Positions 17,853 to 26,958 of a DNA stretch of 64,000 nt are shown one piece after another (the first letter of the stretch is position 1; every line of letters starts with the position of its first letter). The notes beneath the pieces were generated by a model. The model was not told the DNA's origin and searched no databases. It worked only from the letters and a program-made list of their open reading frames with translations. Position numbers and translations under genes: made by a program. Origin of the DNA: Cyanobium sp. (GTDB taxonomy: Bacteria > Cyanobacteriota > Cyanobacteriia > PCC-6307 > Cyanobiaceae); assembly GCA_965662115.1 (NCBI GenBank), contig CBFIGH010000013.1, forward strand, positions 11,914 to 75,913. The letters are read 5' to 3'.

Positions 17853-18833
17853 GTGTTCCTGATCCATAGCCGCGTCGACCACGCGCCCCTGCTGGCGGCG
17901 GCGCTGGTGGGCGCCTGCCGCGGCACCGGTTGGCTGAACCCCCTGCAGCCGCGCTTTCTGAGCGTGTTGTTTCACCAGTTGCTCGACCATCCGGTTGATT
18001 TTCATGAGCTTGCCGCCACAACCCCGGAGGCTGTCGCCCAGGCCCTGCCCAGCCCGGAGCAACGACGCGAGCTGGTCGAGCTGATGGTGACTGTGGAGAT
18101 GCTTTGCGATGCCATCCCCGCTTGGTTGGAAGGCTCGATTGAGCACTGGGCGGGCCTGCTGGGGGTGGAAGATCGCAGTTTGCAACTAGCCCGCGACCTG
18201 GCCGCCCAGGCCTCTGCCAAGGCCCTGCATGATTTTTATCGCCTCAATTGGATGGGCGAGCAGGATCGGGCCAGCCCATCCTTTGAGGGTCTGCTGGCTC
18301 GCCATGGCGACCAGGCCTATGCCCTCACCGTCGAACCAGACCCGCTGGAAGCCGCCCGCTGGCGGGCCCTGGAGCATTGTCCGGCCGGCAGTATCGGCCG
18401 CACCCTCTGGGAGTTCTACGACAAGCGTGGCTTCGGATTCCCCGGTGAACTAGGGGCGGCCAACGGGGCCCTGGCTCACCACGATTGGATCCATGTGCTG
18501 GCCGATTTCGACACCTCGCCGATGGGCGAGATGGAGGTGACCGCATTCCAGGCCGCTGCCAGCACCTTGCCTGGCGCCACCCTCGGCTTCATTGGCGCCG
18601 TGAGCATCTTTCAAACGGGGCTGCTCCCGAGCCTGGTGGTCGGGCCGGGCTACACCCACTCGCTGGAGGTGCCGGGTGGCCCGGAGCGCATCGCCGATGC
18701 CATCCGCCGCGGCCGGGCCTGCCGGCGCGACATGTTTGTGGAGATCGACTTTTTTGGCGTGGCCACCGAACCGCTGGCCAGCCTGCGCGAGCGTTGGGGC
18801 ATCACCCCGAAGGCTCCGCTCGCCCAGAGCTGA
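17853..18833 (+). CDS. Coq4-motif-containing protein (326 aa)
   Basis: HDWIHVLADFDTSPMGE matches the Coq4-family HDxxH-x11-E metal motif. The rest has no family I can name. Confidence 0.55.
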   Translation: MFLIHSRVDHAPLLAAALVGACRGTGWLNPLQPRFLSVLFHQLLDHPVDFHELAATTPEAVAQALPSPEQRRELVELMVTVEMLCDAIPAWLEGSIEHWAGLLGVEDRSLQLARDLAAQASAKALHDFYRLNWMGEQDRASPSFEGLLARHGDQAYALTVEPDPLEAARWRALEHCPAGSIGRTLWEFYDKRGFGFPGELGAANGALAHHDWIHVLADFDTSPMGEMEVTAFQAAASTLPGATLGFIGAVSIFQTGLLPSLVVGPGYTHSLEVPGGPERIADAIRRGRACRRDMFVEIDFFGVATEPLASLRERWGITPKAPLAQS

Positions 18834-19495
18834 TGCGGTTTGTCTTCCCGGCACTCGGCGCGCTGCTGATTGCGGCTGGTGCCCTCAGCCAGGGGACGCC
18901 ACAGCCGCCAACGAGCGCTCCCGATCTGGAGACGCTGACCAGCCAACTGGCGTTAGCCGATCAGCAGTGGATCCCCCGGGCCGAACCCCTGGCCAACGGC
19001 GGCTATCGCTACATCTACAAACGCCGTGCCGGAGAGCCACACCTCAAGCCGGAGCAGATCCGTTCCCTGATCGCCAATCCACCCAACTTTGCGAGCGAAC
19101 GGCAGCAGATTGGCCAGCTGTTGCAGGTTCTCTACCAAGCCGGCGTCCAGGTGAAGCTCACGGCGCCCCGCAAGTCCGGAGCAGCCGCGGAGTGGGATCC
19201 GGCTGCCCGCACCCTGCGCATTCAGCCGAGCGTGGTGGGCAAGGGCTCGCTGGACTTTGCCTGGGTGCTCAACCATGAGGCCATTCATGTGGCCCAGAGC
19301 TGCCGCAACCAGGGCATCGGCTCGGAACCCCGATTGCTGGGCCTGCCCACCCAGCTCCCAGCCCGTCTCTCCCCCGTTCTCAATCAACCGATCTATCGCG
19401 AGGCACCCGAGCGCGTCCGCCAACTCGAGCGGGAGGCCTATGCCAATCAGGAGCGCCTCAGCCTGGGGGTCCAGTTGGTGCGGACGTATTGCTGA
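18833..19495 (+). CDS. secreted HExxH-motif protein (putative metallopeptidase-like)
   Basis: ATG overlaps the upstream stop (TGATG). Signal peptide MRFVFPALGALLIAAGALS. VLNHEAIHVAQSC contains HEAIH. Confidence 0.6.
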   Translation: MRFVFPALGALLIAAGALSQGTPQPPTSAPDLETLTSQLALADQQWIPRAEPLANGGYRYIYKRRAGEPHLKPEQIRSLIANPPNFASERQQIGQLLQVLYQAGVQVKLTAPRKSGAAAEWDPAARTLRIQPSVVGKGSLDFAWVLNHEAIHVAQSCRNQGIGSEPRLLGLPTQLPARLSPVLNQPIYREAPERVRQLEREAYANQERLSLGVQLVRTYC

Positions 19496-20246
19496 GATCT
19501 TCCAGCAGCATGTTGAACTGCAGCAGCTGGGCATCACTGAGCTGCTGACGGCTGGAGAGGGAAAAGTGCTGTTCCAGTAGGGCTCTGCCCTGGCCAGGAT
19601 CCCATTGGAGCAGCTCCAGCAGTTGGTCGCACTGGCTGAGCAGGTCGCGCCGCCGCAGGGGGGCCGGAGCGCTGCTGGCCAGCGTGCCTGTGCTGCAGCC
19701 CTTCAGCGCTTCCAGGTAGGCCTGGATGTCGGCGTAGTTGGTCAGGCGGTTGCGATTCGGATGGCCGAACACCCGCTCGAGGTATGCCGCCTCCTGGTCG
19801 CGATCCCAGCCCAGTCGCTGCAGCTGGAGGTCGAGTTGGGCCAGCTCGCTGCTCCAATCCTCCGGATCAACCTGGGGTTGCTCGGGCGCCTGGAGGGGGG
19901 GCGGGGTGGGTTGTGAGGGGCTTGGGCCCGGGATCGGGCCAGCCGCTTTCGGCCTGGCAACCGGCTCCCGGGCCCCAGTCGGGGTCCTGTCAGCCACCCT
20001 GGTTTCAACCGGGGGGGTGCGGCGGCTCTGCAGGCGCTGGCGGGCCCGATCCTCGGCCAGCTCGGCCGTGGCGGCTTCGCCCAAGGCCGCATCGAGCAGC
20101 CGCTCTCCCCGCTTGGCCTGCACCAGCACGACGCGGCTACCGGCTTCGGCATGCACCAACTGCACGACGATCACCTCTCCCTGCTGCCCATCGAACGGTC
20201 GATCGGGCTGCTGGTCTGCCACTTCCCCAACCTCCGGACTGCGCAA
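19458..20246 (-). CDS. hypothetical protein with Pro-rich linker (262 aa)
   Basis: Long ORF with coding-like composition. No motif recognised. The 3' end overlaps the convergent gene by 38 nt. Confidence 0.45.
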   Translation of the reverse strand: MRSPEVGEVADQQPDRPFDGQQGEVIVVQLVHAEAGSRVVLVQAKRGERLLDAALGEAATAELAEDRARQRLQSRRTPPVETRVADRTPTGAREPVARPKAAGPIPGPSPSQPTPPPLQAPEQPQVDPEDWSSELAQLDLQLQRLGWDRDQEAAYLERVFGHPNRNRLTNYADIQAYLEALKGCSTGTLASSAPAPLRRRDLLSQCDQLLELLQWDPGQGRALLEQHFSLSSRQQLSDAQLLQFNMLLEDLSNTSAPTGPPG

Positions 20247-20289
20247 CCCGACTTTCTAGACTTGACACCATCCTGACCCGCTGCAGCCC

Positions 20290-21084
20290 GTGGAAGCGGA
20301 GTCGATCCAATCCATCACACCCCTGCTCCAGCAGGCGGACCAGTGGGGCGAGGTGTTGCTGCTGCTGCCCCTGCTGGTGGCGCTGGAGGCGGTGCTCTCG
20401 GCTGACAACGCCATTGCCCTGGCTGCCATTGCCCGGCAGCTCCAGGATCCGGCCAGGCAGCGGCAGGCCCTCAACCTGGGCCTGGGCCTGGCCCTGGTGT
20501 TTCGTCTGGTGCTGATCGTGGCTGCCCGCTGGGTGCTCAATTTCTGGCCCCTGCAGCTGGCGGCAGCCGGCTACCTGCTCTGGCTCTGCGGCAGCCATTT
20601 GCTCAAGGTGTTCTCCCATCCGGAGACCGATGCGGCGGTGCTGGACGCCCAGGGCGCAGATGGCCCCAGCCCCGGCCCGGAAACGGCCCTGCCGGACCCC
20701 TTGCCAACCGGTCCCGAGCGCAATGGCGGCCTGAGGTCGGTGGTTGTCACCCTGGCGCTCACCGATCTGGCCTTCTCCCTCGACAGCGTGGCGGCAGCGG
20801 TGGCGGTGACCGATCGCCTGCTTCTGGTGATGGCGGGTGGTGTGATCGGTGTGATTGCCCTGCGGCTGACAGCGGAACTGTTCATCCGTTGGCTGGCCAT
20901 CTACCAACACCTCGAAACAGCCGGTTACCTGGCGGTCGGTTTGGTGGGCATTCGGTTGCTGTTGCGCCTGGGCTTTCCCCAGGTTGTGCCGCCGGAGTGG
21001 TTGCTGCTGCTGCTGGTGGCCGCGTTGTTTGCCTGGGGCTTTTCCGTGCGTCTTGCTGCCGCGGAGCCGACGCCTGGGCCATGA
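20290..21084 (+). CDS. TerC-family integral membrane protein
   Basis: LEAVLSADNAIALAAIA and TDLAFSLDSVAAAVAVTD paired motifs; multiple TM helices. Confidence 0.85.
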   Translation: MEAESIQSITPLLQQADQWGEVLLLLPLLVALEAVLSADNAIALAAIARQLQDPARQRQALNLGLGLALVFRLVLIVAARWVLNFWPLQLAAAGYLLWLCGSHLLKVFSHPETDAAVLDAQGADGPSPGPETALPDPLPTGPERNGGLRSVVVTLALTDLAFSLDSVAAAVAVTDRLLLVMAGGVIGVIALRLTAELFIRWLAIYQHLETAGYLAVGLVGIRLLLRLGFPQVVPPEWLLLLLVAALFAWGFSVRLAAAEPTPGP

Positions 21085-21449
21085 GGGTGGAGCTGCGCCA
21101 GATCGACAGCGACCGACTGCTGGAGGCCATCGAGGTGGTTGCGATCGGCGATGTGCCCCATCCAGGCCGCTGGCTGGAAGCCGGCGGCCGCAGTTTTCTG
21201 GTCCTGCAGCGCCGCCATCGCTACCAGTTGCGCAACGGTCGCTACCAGCTCGCCAGTGTGGCGTTGCAGGTCAAGGCCCAACGTCAGCCACCCGATGCCC
21301 GCTGGTGGCGCAACCAGTGGGTGATCGGCGACCCCAGCTGCCGCTTCAACGCCCGCACCGCCCTGTTGCGCTGCGCCGTGCTGCCCGAGGGACCCTGTGA
21401 CGCCTGCGCCCATTACCAGCAGGGCGATCGCTCCACCCACGACACCTAG
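21081..21449 (+). CDS. conserved-hypothetical Cys-containing protein (122 aa)
   Basis: ATGA overlap with the TerC-like gene. [12 protein letters not shown]...CDACAHY cysteine pattern. Confidence 0.5.
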   Translation: MRVELRQIDSDRLLEAIEVVAIGDVPHPGRWLEAGGRSFLVLQRRHRYQLRNGRYQLASVALQVKAQRQPPDARWWRNQWVIGDPSCRFNARTALLRCAVLPEGPCDACAHYQQGDRSTHDT

Positions 21450-21556
21450 GCTTCAAAGACAACGCGTTTGCGGCGATTACCCAATCCATCCCCGCCCCGA
21501 CCACTGCTGCGCAGGGCCAGGTTGATTCTTTTGCCGTTTTCGGCTTAGGCGAGCCC

Positions 21557-22786
21557 TTGCTCAAAGCCGTGGCTGAGAAGGGCTACACCCAGCCCTCACC
21601 GATCCAGAGCCAGTGCATCCCAGCCGTGTTGGCCGGCCATGATGTGATGGCGGCCGCCCAGACCGGCACCGGCAAAACCGCAGGCTTCACCCTGCCGATG
21701 CTCGAGCGGCTCCGCCATGGACCCCATGCCCGCTCAGGCATCGTGCGCGCCCTGGTGCTCACCCCCACCCGTGAGCTGGCCGCCCAGGTGGGTGAAAGCG
21801 TGCGGGTCTATGGGCGCTACCTCGATCTCCGCAGTGACGTGGTGTTTGGCGGGGTGAAGGTCAACCCCCAGATCAACCGCCTGCAGAAGGGCGCCGATGT
21901 GTTGGTAGCCACCCCGGGCCGGCTGATGGACCTCTTTCAGCAAAGGGCCCTGCGGCTTGATCGGGTCGAGATTCTGGTGCTCGATGAGGCCGACCGGATG
22001 CTCGACATGGGCTTCATCCGGGACATCCAGAAAATCCTGGCCCAGTTGCCGCCCAAGCGTCAGAACCTGCTGTTTTCGGCCACCTTTTCCGGTGACATCC
22101 GCCGCCTGGCTACCGGGCTGCTGCACAACCCTGTCCAGCTCCAGGCCACGCCGGCCAACCGCGCCGCCCCCACCGTTGAGCACCTGCTCCATCCCTGCGA
22201 CATGGACCGCAAGGCCGATCTGCTCAGCCACCTGATCCGCAGCAACGACTGGCAGCAGGTGCTGGTGTTCTCCCGCACCAAGCATGGCGCCAACCGCATG
22301 GCGGAACGCCTCAGCCGCGAAGGCGTAACCGCCGCCGCGATCCATGGCAACAAGAGCCAAGGCGCCCGCACCCGGGCCCTGGCCGATTTCAAGGCCGGTT
22401 CCCTGCGGGTGCTGGTGGCCACCGACCTGGCCGCCCGGGGCATCGACATCCACCAGTTGCCCCACGTGGTCAACCTCGACCTCCCCAACCAGGCCGAGGA
22501 TTATGTGCACCGCATCGGCCGAACGGGCCGGGCTGGCCACAACGGCCATGCCATCTCCCTGGTGGCCGCCGAGGAGCGTGAGTTGCTGCGCGCGATCGAA
22601 CGGGTGATCGGCCTCAGCTTGCCGCGCCAGGAGGTGCCGGGGTTTGAACCCAAGGTGCTCACGGCCGCCCCATTGGATCTCAGTGGTGGCCGCGGCAAGG
22701 GTGGGCGCCGCCCATCAGCTGCCCCTGGCGCCCGCCACCGGGGCGGGGCCGGTGGCGGGCGCCGCCCCGGTGGCTCCGCCCGCTAG
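21557..22786 (+). CDS. DEAD-box ATP-dependent RNA helicase (true start probably upstream, non-canonical)
   Basis: GYTQPSPIQ (Q motif), [29 protein letters not shown]; Arg/Gly-rich C-terminal tail. The in-frame upstream codons encode [10 protein letters not shown], which normally belongs to the protein. Confidence 0.9.
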   Translation: MLKAVAEKGYTQPSPIQSQCIPAVLAGHDVMAAAQTGTGKTAGFTLPMLERLRHGPHARSGIVRALVLTPTRELAAQVGESVRVYGRYLDLRSDVVFGGVKVNPQINRLQKGADVLVATPGRLMDLFQQRALRLDRVEILVLDEADRMLDMGFIRDIQKILAQLPPKRQNLLFSATFSGDIRRLATGLLHNPVQLQATPANRAAPTVEHLLHPCDMDRKADLLSHLIRSNDWQQVLVFSRTKHGANRMAERLSREGVTAAAIHGNKSQGARTRALADFKAGSLRVLVATDLAARGIDIHQLPHVVNLDLPNQAEDYVHRIGRTGRAGHNGHAISLVAAEERELLRAIERVIGLSLPRQEVPGFEPKVLTAAPLDLSGGRGKGGRRPSAAPGARHRGGAGGGRRPGGSAR

Positions 22787-22844
22787 GCACCGGCTTGGCG
22801 AACCGCAGCAACCGACACACCAGCAGCGGCTCGGCTCCGCTGCG

Positions 22845-23063
22845 ATGGTGGGGCGTCACAGTCCAACAATGCCCTACGAGCCCGGATCCCCAGAGTGCCG
22901 CGTTTTGATTGATTGCAAGAGCCAAATTGAATCGATGCTGTTGGTCCTGGGACGCATCGACAACAGTCAGCACATCCGCGACCAGCTGGTGTCTGTCCAC
23001 AACCAGTTGGAGGGACTGCACGCACTCCACCGCAAAGAGGCCCTTCAGCTCAAGCAGGGCTGA
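22845..23063 (+). CDS. hypothetical small protein (72 aa; alternative start 22869)
   Basis: Locally lower-GC, coding-looking ORF. The 3' end overlaps convergent fmt by 19 nt. Confidence 0.35.
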   Translation: MVGRHSPTMPYEPGSPECRVLIDCKSQIESMLLVLGRIDNSQHIRDQLVSVHNQLEGLHALHRKEALQLKQG

Positions 23064-24070
23064 TCCCCTTGCTGCAACGTTGATTCGCCGCCCAGCCGAT
23101 CGCCGGGTTCGGCGCCCAGCTGCTGGATCAGGCTTTGGCCCCGGGCGGGGGCCTTGCCCTCCAGCTGGGCCTCCCTGATCAGCACGGGGCAACCACCGCT
23201 GGCGACCACCAGCCCAACCCCAGGCACGGCAGTCAGGATGGTGCCAGGGGCAAGGCCAGGCTCCACAGGATTTGGGCCCAGCAGGGCGCGGGCATCGGGG
23301 CTGAGCTGGGCTTCCAGCCTGGCCACCAGCGGTTCGCTGGCCAACAGCTTCAAGCGTTTGCCCTGCCAGCTGGTTTGGGCCGTGGGATAGAGCCCCATCA
23401 CCTTGCGGTGGATCGCCAGGGCGGGGGCGCCCCAGTCGATCACCGTATCGGCCTTGCTCAGCAGGCGGGCGTAGGTGAGGCCCGCATCAGCCTGGGGATG
23501 CACCGGCCGACCGGCTTCGATCTGGGGCATGGCCTCAACGAGCAGATCGGCGCTGAGCTGGGCCAGTCTGTGGCCTAGCTGCTCGGCGTTCTCCAGGAGT
23601 CCGACCGGAATCGCCTGCTCCAGGAGCACTGGTCCGGTGTCGAGTCCCTCCTCCATCGCCATGATCCCGACCCCGCTCTGGCTGTCACCTTCCAGCAGAC
23701 ACCATTGAATCGGGGCGGCTCCGCGCCAGCGCGGCAGCAGGGAGCCATGGGCATTCCAGCAGCCGAGGCGCGGCTGGGCCAGCACCTCGGGGGGCAGGAT
23801 CTGGCCGAAGGCCACCACCACGTAGGCATCTGCAGCCAGGTCAGCCAGCTGCTGCTGACAGAGGGGGTCGCGGCGAATGCGCTCCGGGGTGAACACCGGG
23901 ATTCCCAGTTCCAAGGCCCGGGCTTTCACGGCGCTCGGCTGGAGTTGCTTGCCGCGCCCCCGGCGGCGATCCGGCTGGCTGACCACTCCCACCACCCTGT
24001 GGCCTGCGGCAACCAGGGCCTCCAAACTGGGCACGGCATAGGCCGGCGTGCCCCAAAACACAAGCTTCAC
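23045..24070 (-). CDS. fmt: methionyl-tRNA formyltransferase
   Basis: MKLVFWGTPAYAVPSLEAL, VVSQPDRRRGRGKQL, NAHGSLLPRWRGAAPIQ. GTG start. Confidence 0.95.
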   Translation of the reverse strand: MKLVFWGTPAYAVPSLEALVAAGHRVVGVVSQPDRRRGRGKQLQPSAVKARALELGIPVFTPERIRRDPLCQQQLADLAADAYVVVAFGQILPPEVLAQPRLGCWNAHGSLLPRWRGAAPIQWCLLEGDSQSGVGIMAMEEGLDTGPVLLEQAIPVGLLENAEQLGHRLAQLSADLLVEAMPQIEAGRPVHPQADAGLTYARLLSKADTVIDWGAPALAIHRKVMGLYPTAQTSWQGKRLKLLASEPLVARLEAQLSPDARALLGPNPVEPGLAPGTILTAVPGVGLVVASGGCPVLIREAQLEGKAPARGQSLIQQLGAEPGDRLGGESTLQQGDQPCLS

Positions 24071-24099
24071 GTCTGGTTGATCACGTCTGGTTGATCACG
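24068..24099. repeat. 14-bp tandem repeat (cacgtctggttgat x2 plus a partial copy) spanning the fmt start codon
   Basis: Read directly. On the minus strand it reads GTGATCAACCAGAC GTGATCAACCAGAC GTG(AAG...). Confidence 0.9.
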
Positions 24100-24108
24100 C
24101 CGGGCTCC

Positions 24109-25476
24109 TCACGCATCGCCCGTGATCGAGAGGCCCCCAACCCACACGTAGGGGCAGAGCCCATCGGGGGTGATCTTGGCTTCTCCTTCAAAGCCAACAA
24201 TGGCTTGGAGCAGCTGGCGAATGTCGCCGGCCACCGTGGCGGCCTCGATCGATCGGCTGACGCCGCCGTTCACCAGCCAGCCGTCAAAGGGCAAGGAAAA
24301 GGATCCCTGGCTGGCTTTGACACCGGCATGGAGGGCCGAGAGGGAATCGATCACCACCACGGGTTCGTCGTGGCTGAAACGATCCAGTCCCTGTTGGCCG
24401 CCACTGCTGCCCGGTGTGGGGCCGATTTCAAACCAATCAGGCCCGACAGCCACCTTCGCCCCCATGCCGGCATGGCCGGTGGGGGCCACACCGAAGGCTC
24501 TGGCCGTGGCTTCGGAGTGCAGGAAATGGCTCAGAACACCGCCCTCCAGCAGATCGAGGGGGGCGGTGGGCGTGCCCTCGCCATCGAAGGCGGAAGCGCC
24601 GATGTTGCCGGGGTTCAGGCCGTTGTCCCGAATGTTGAGGAAGGGCACGGCCAGCGTCTGGCCGAGGGAGTCACGCTGGCTGAGGCTGACGCCATCGAGC
24701 ACGGCCCTAGCGTTGAACAAACTACTGAAGGCGCCAATCAGGTCAAGGAAGGCCTCCGGGCTGAACACACACAGGTAAGACCCGGTTTGGATCGGTCCGT
24801 AGTCGAGGTGGGCGATGGTGCGGCTGGCGGCCTCGTCAATGCAGCCGGCGATGTCGAGCTCGGTGGTGCCGTAGGCCATCCGCACGGCGCCGGAGCTGCG
24901 GGGTTTCCGTCCCGCTTCCTCCGCCCGGGCGTAGAGGTAGAGGCTGGCGGTGGTGAGGATCTGGTGGCGACAGGCCCCATCGCTGTTCAGATACAACCGC
25001 TCGCTGCTGCGTTGGGCCAGGCCGTTGTAGGGAACGGTGCCGATGGCGGCATGGCGGTCGAGTAGTTGGCGCTCGGCTTCTTTGAGGGTGTCGAGCAGGG
25101 TGAGAATGGGTTGGGGTTGATGGATGGGTTGATCCAGCGTCACCAGCGGAGCGGTGGCCAGGGGCGAGAAGGCGGGGGTTTCCTCGGCGTTGCCAAAGGC
25201 GCTGGCATCCTGGGCGCCGCCCAGGGCCCGCTCCAGGCCCGCATCGCTGAGATCGGAGGTGCTGGTGATCCCCACCAGACCATCGCCGTTCCAGACCCGC
25301 ACCGTGATCGCGCTGCGCTGGGCGCCCTTCATCTGTTTGGCTTCGCCCCGATCCACCTGCACGGAGGTGTCGGTGCTGCAGGAAGCGCCGAGGTCCCACT
25401 GCTGGATCCCGGCTGACTGGGCCAGCTGCTGGAGCCTGCCGCTGAGGGCTTCGGCGTTGAGGCTGTTGTCGGCCAT
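24109..25476 (-). CDS. pmbA: PmbA/TldE-family metalloprotease component
   Basis: TldD/PmbA-fold sequence (SVQVDRGEAKQM, ITVRVWN, C-terminal VGGLSITG). Directly downstream of tldD. Start set at MADNSL (25476). Confidence 0.85.
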   Translation of the reverse strand: MADNSLNAEALSGRLQQLAQSAGIQQWDLGASCSTDTSVQVDRGEAKQMKGAQRSAITVRVWNGDGLVGITSTSDLSDAGLERALGGAQDASAFGNAEETPAFSPLATAPLVTLDQPIHQPQPILTLLDTLKEAERQLLDRHAAIGTVPYNGLAQRSSERLYLNSDGACRHQILTTASLYLYARAEEAGRKPRSSGAVRMAYGTTELDIAGCIDEAASRTIAHLDYGPIQTGSYLCVFSPEAFLDLIGAFSSLFNARAVLDGVSLSQRDSLGQTLAVPFLNIRDNGLNPGNIGASAFDGEGTPTAPLDLLEGGVLSHFLHSEATARAFGVAPTGHAGMGAKVAVGPDWFEIGPTPGSSGGQQGLDRFSHDEPVVVIDSLSALHAGVKASQGSFSLPFDGWLVNGGVSRSIEAATVAGDIRQLLQAIVGFEGEAKITPDGLCPYVWVGGLSITGDA

Positions 25477-25478
25477 GG

Positions 25479-26915
25479 TCAACGGCCTCCAACCGTGATC
25501 GATTCCACTTTGATGTGGGGCTGGCCAACGGTCACGTTGACACTGCCACTCACCGAGCCACAGAACCCGGCGGCCAGCTCCAGATCGTTGGCACACATCG
25601 AGATTCGCGGCATCACCTCCTTGGCTTCGCCGATCAGGGTGGCTCCCTTCACCGGTTTGGTGAGCTGGCCATTTTCGATCAGGTAGCCCTCCTCCACCGC
25701 GAAGTTGAACTGGCCTGTGGGGCCGACGCTGCCTCCACCCATCGATTTGCAGTAGAGGCCACGATCCACCGAAGCGATCAGATCTTCAGGAGCATGGGGG
25801 CCGGCGGCGATGTAGGTGTTGCGCATGCGGCTGGCGGCGGCGAAGGCATGGCTCTGGCGCCGGCCACTGCCGGTGCGGCCGTGGCCCGTGCGCCGTTCGC
25901 CGGCGCGATCACTGAGGAAGCGCTTCAGCACCCCCCGTTCGATTAACACCGTGCGCTGGGGTTGCATCCCCTCGTCGTCCATCGACAGGGAGCCGAAGGC
26001 CCCTTCAGTGAGGCCCTCATCGATGGCGGTCACCGCTTCGTGGGCAATCGGTTCGCCCACCTTGTCGGCAAAGGGTGTGGTGCCCCGTTCCACCTGGGTG
26101 GTTTCCAGCAGGTGGCCGCAGGCCTCGTGGAAGATCACGCCGCCAAAGCGGTTGGCCAGCACAGCCGGCATCTGGCCGGCCTCTACGAAGTTGGCGTAGA
26201 GCATGGTTCCCACGCTCGTGCAGACGTCCTGGGCCGAAGCGTCCGCATCCCACTGGCGCAGGTCGTCCGGTTGGCCGGAGGTGCCATAGCGGCGGCCCAG
26301 ACCGGCGCGGTGGTCGCCATCGGCGGCAAGCACATTGAGGCCGAGCGACTGGTGCAGGCGGATGTCGCGGGCGAAGGTGCCGTCGCTGGCGGCCACCAGC
26401 ACGTTCTGCCAATCGCGGGAATAGCTGCCGCGGCGTGCCTGCAAGTGCTGGCCATGCTGGGCCAGCCTGGCCGTGCCCTCGAGCAGCTTCGCCGTGGCCT
26501 CGGCCAACGATGGGCAGCGCGCCAGCCAGTCGGCCTTGGTGGTGCTGAAGTCGCAGAGGGGGCCTAAGCCCTCGAAGCCCGAGGCCGAGGTGCTGCTGCG
26601 GCCCAGGCCGAGCATGCCCAGGGCCTGGTCAAGGCCTTGCAGCAGGCCTTGGTCGCTGAGGTCGTTGGTGCTGACAAATCCGTCGCGCTCGCCCAAGAAA
26701 ACCCGGATCCCTGCGCCCATGCCAAACGAAGGGCTGACGTTGGTGATCGTTTCCTGCTCGGCCAGGACGCCGAGGTGATCGGTGCGCTCCAGGAAGATCT
26801 CAACCAGATCGGCACCGGCGCGCCGACCGGCAGCCAACAGGGCCTCGAGCCTGGGCTGCCAACTGATCTCAAAGCTCAAGCCGATGGGGGCGTTCAGGGC
26901 AGGCGAGGCAACCAA
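25479..26915 (-). CDS. tldD: TldD-family metalloprotease
   Basis: [21 protein letters not shown] (HExxxH), GSGRRQS, C-terminal ITVGG. Confidence 0.9.
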   Translation of the reverse strand: MVASPALNAPIGLSFEISWQPRLEALLAAGRRAGADLVEIFLERTDHLGVLAEQETITNVSPSFGMGAGIRVFLGERDGFVSTNDLSDQGLLQGLDQALGMLGLGRSSTSASGFEGLGPLCDFSTTKADWLARCPSLAEATAKLLEGTARLAQHGQHLQARRGSYSRDWQNVLVAASDGTFARDIRLHQSLGLNVLAADGDHRAGLGRRYGTSGQPDDLRQWDADASAQDVCTSVGTMLYANFVEAGQMPAVLANRFGGVIFHEACGHLLETTQVERGTTPFADKVGEPIAHEAVTAIDEGLTEGAFGSLSMDDEGMQPQRTVLIERGVLKRFLSDRAGERRTGHGRTGSGRRQSHAFAAASRMRNTYIAAGPHAPEDLIASVDRGLYCKSMGGGSVGPTGQFNFAVEEGYLIENGQLTKPVKGATLIGEAKEVMPRISMCANDLELAAGFCGSVSGSVNVTVGQPHIKVESITVGGR

Positions 26916-26958
26916 GGCGGATCGGCAAGGGGGTGGGGAGAGGGGGGCGGCCTGACGC

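Noticed and set aside
20247-20289. Possible yybP-ykoY (Mn2+) riboswitch upstream of the TerC-family gene
   Set aside because: Only about 43 nt separate the divergent ORFs, which is far too short for the ~100-nt riboswitch. I saw no conserved riboswitch core.
26929-26950. G-rich tract (G5 T G4 AGA G6 C GG) as a potential G-quadruplex between the acsF end and the tldD start
   Set aside because: There are only three runs of three or more G separated by loops. A fourth run is missing, so a canonical G4 is not supported.
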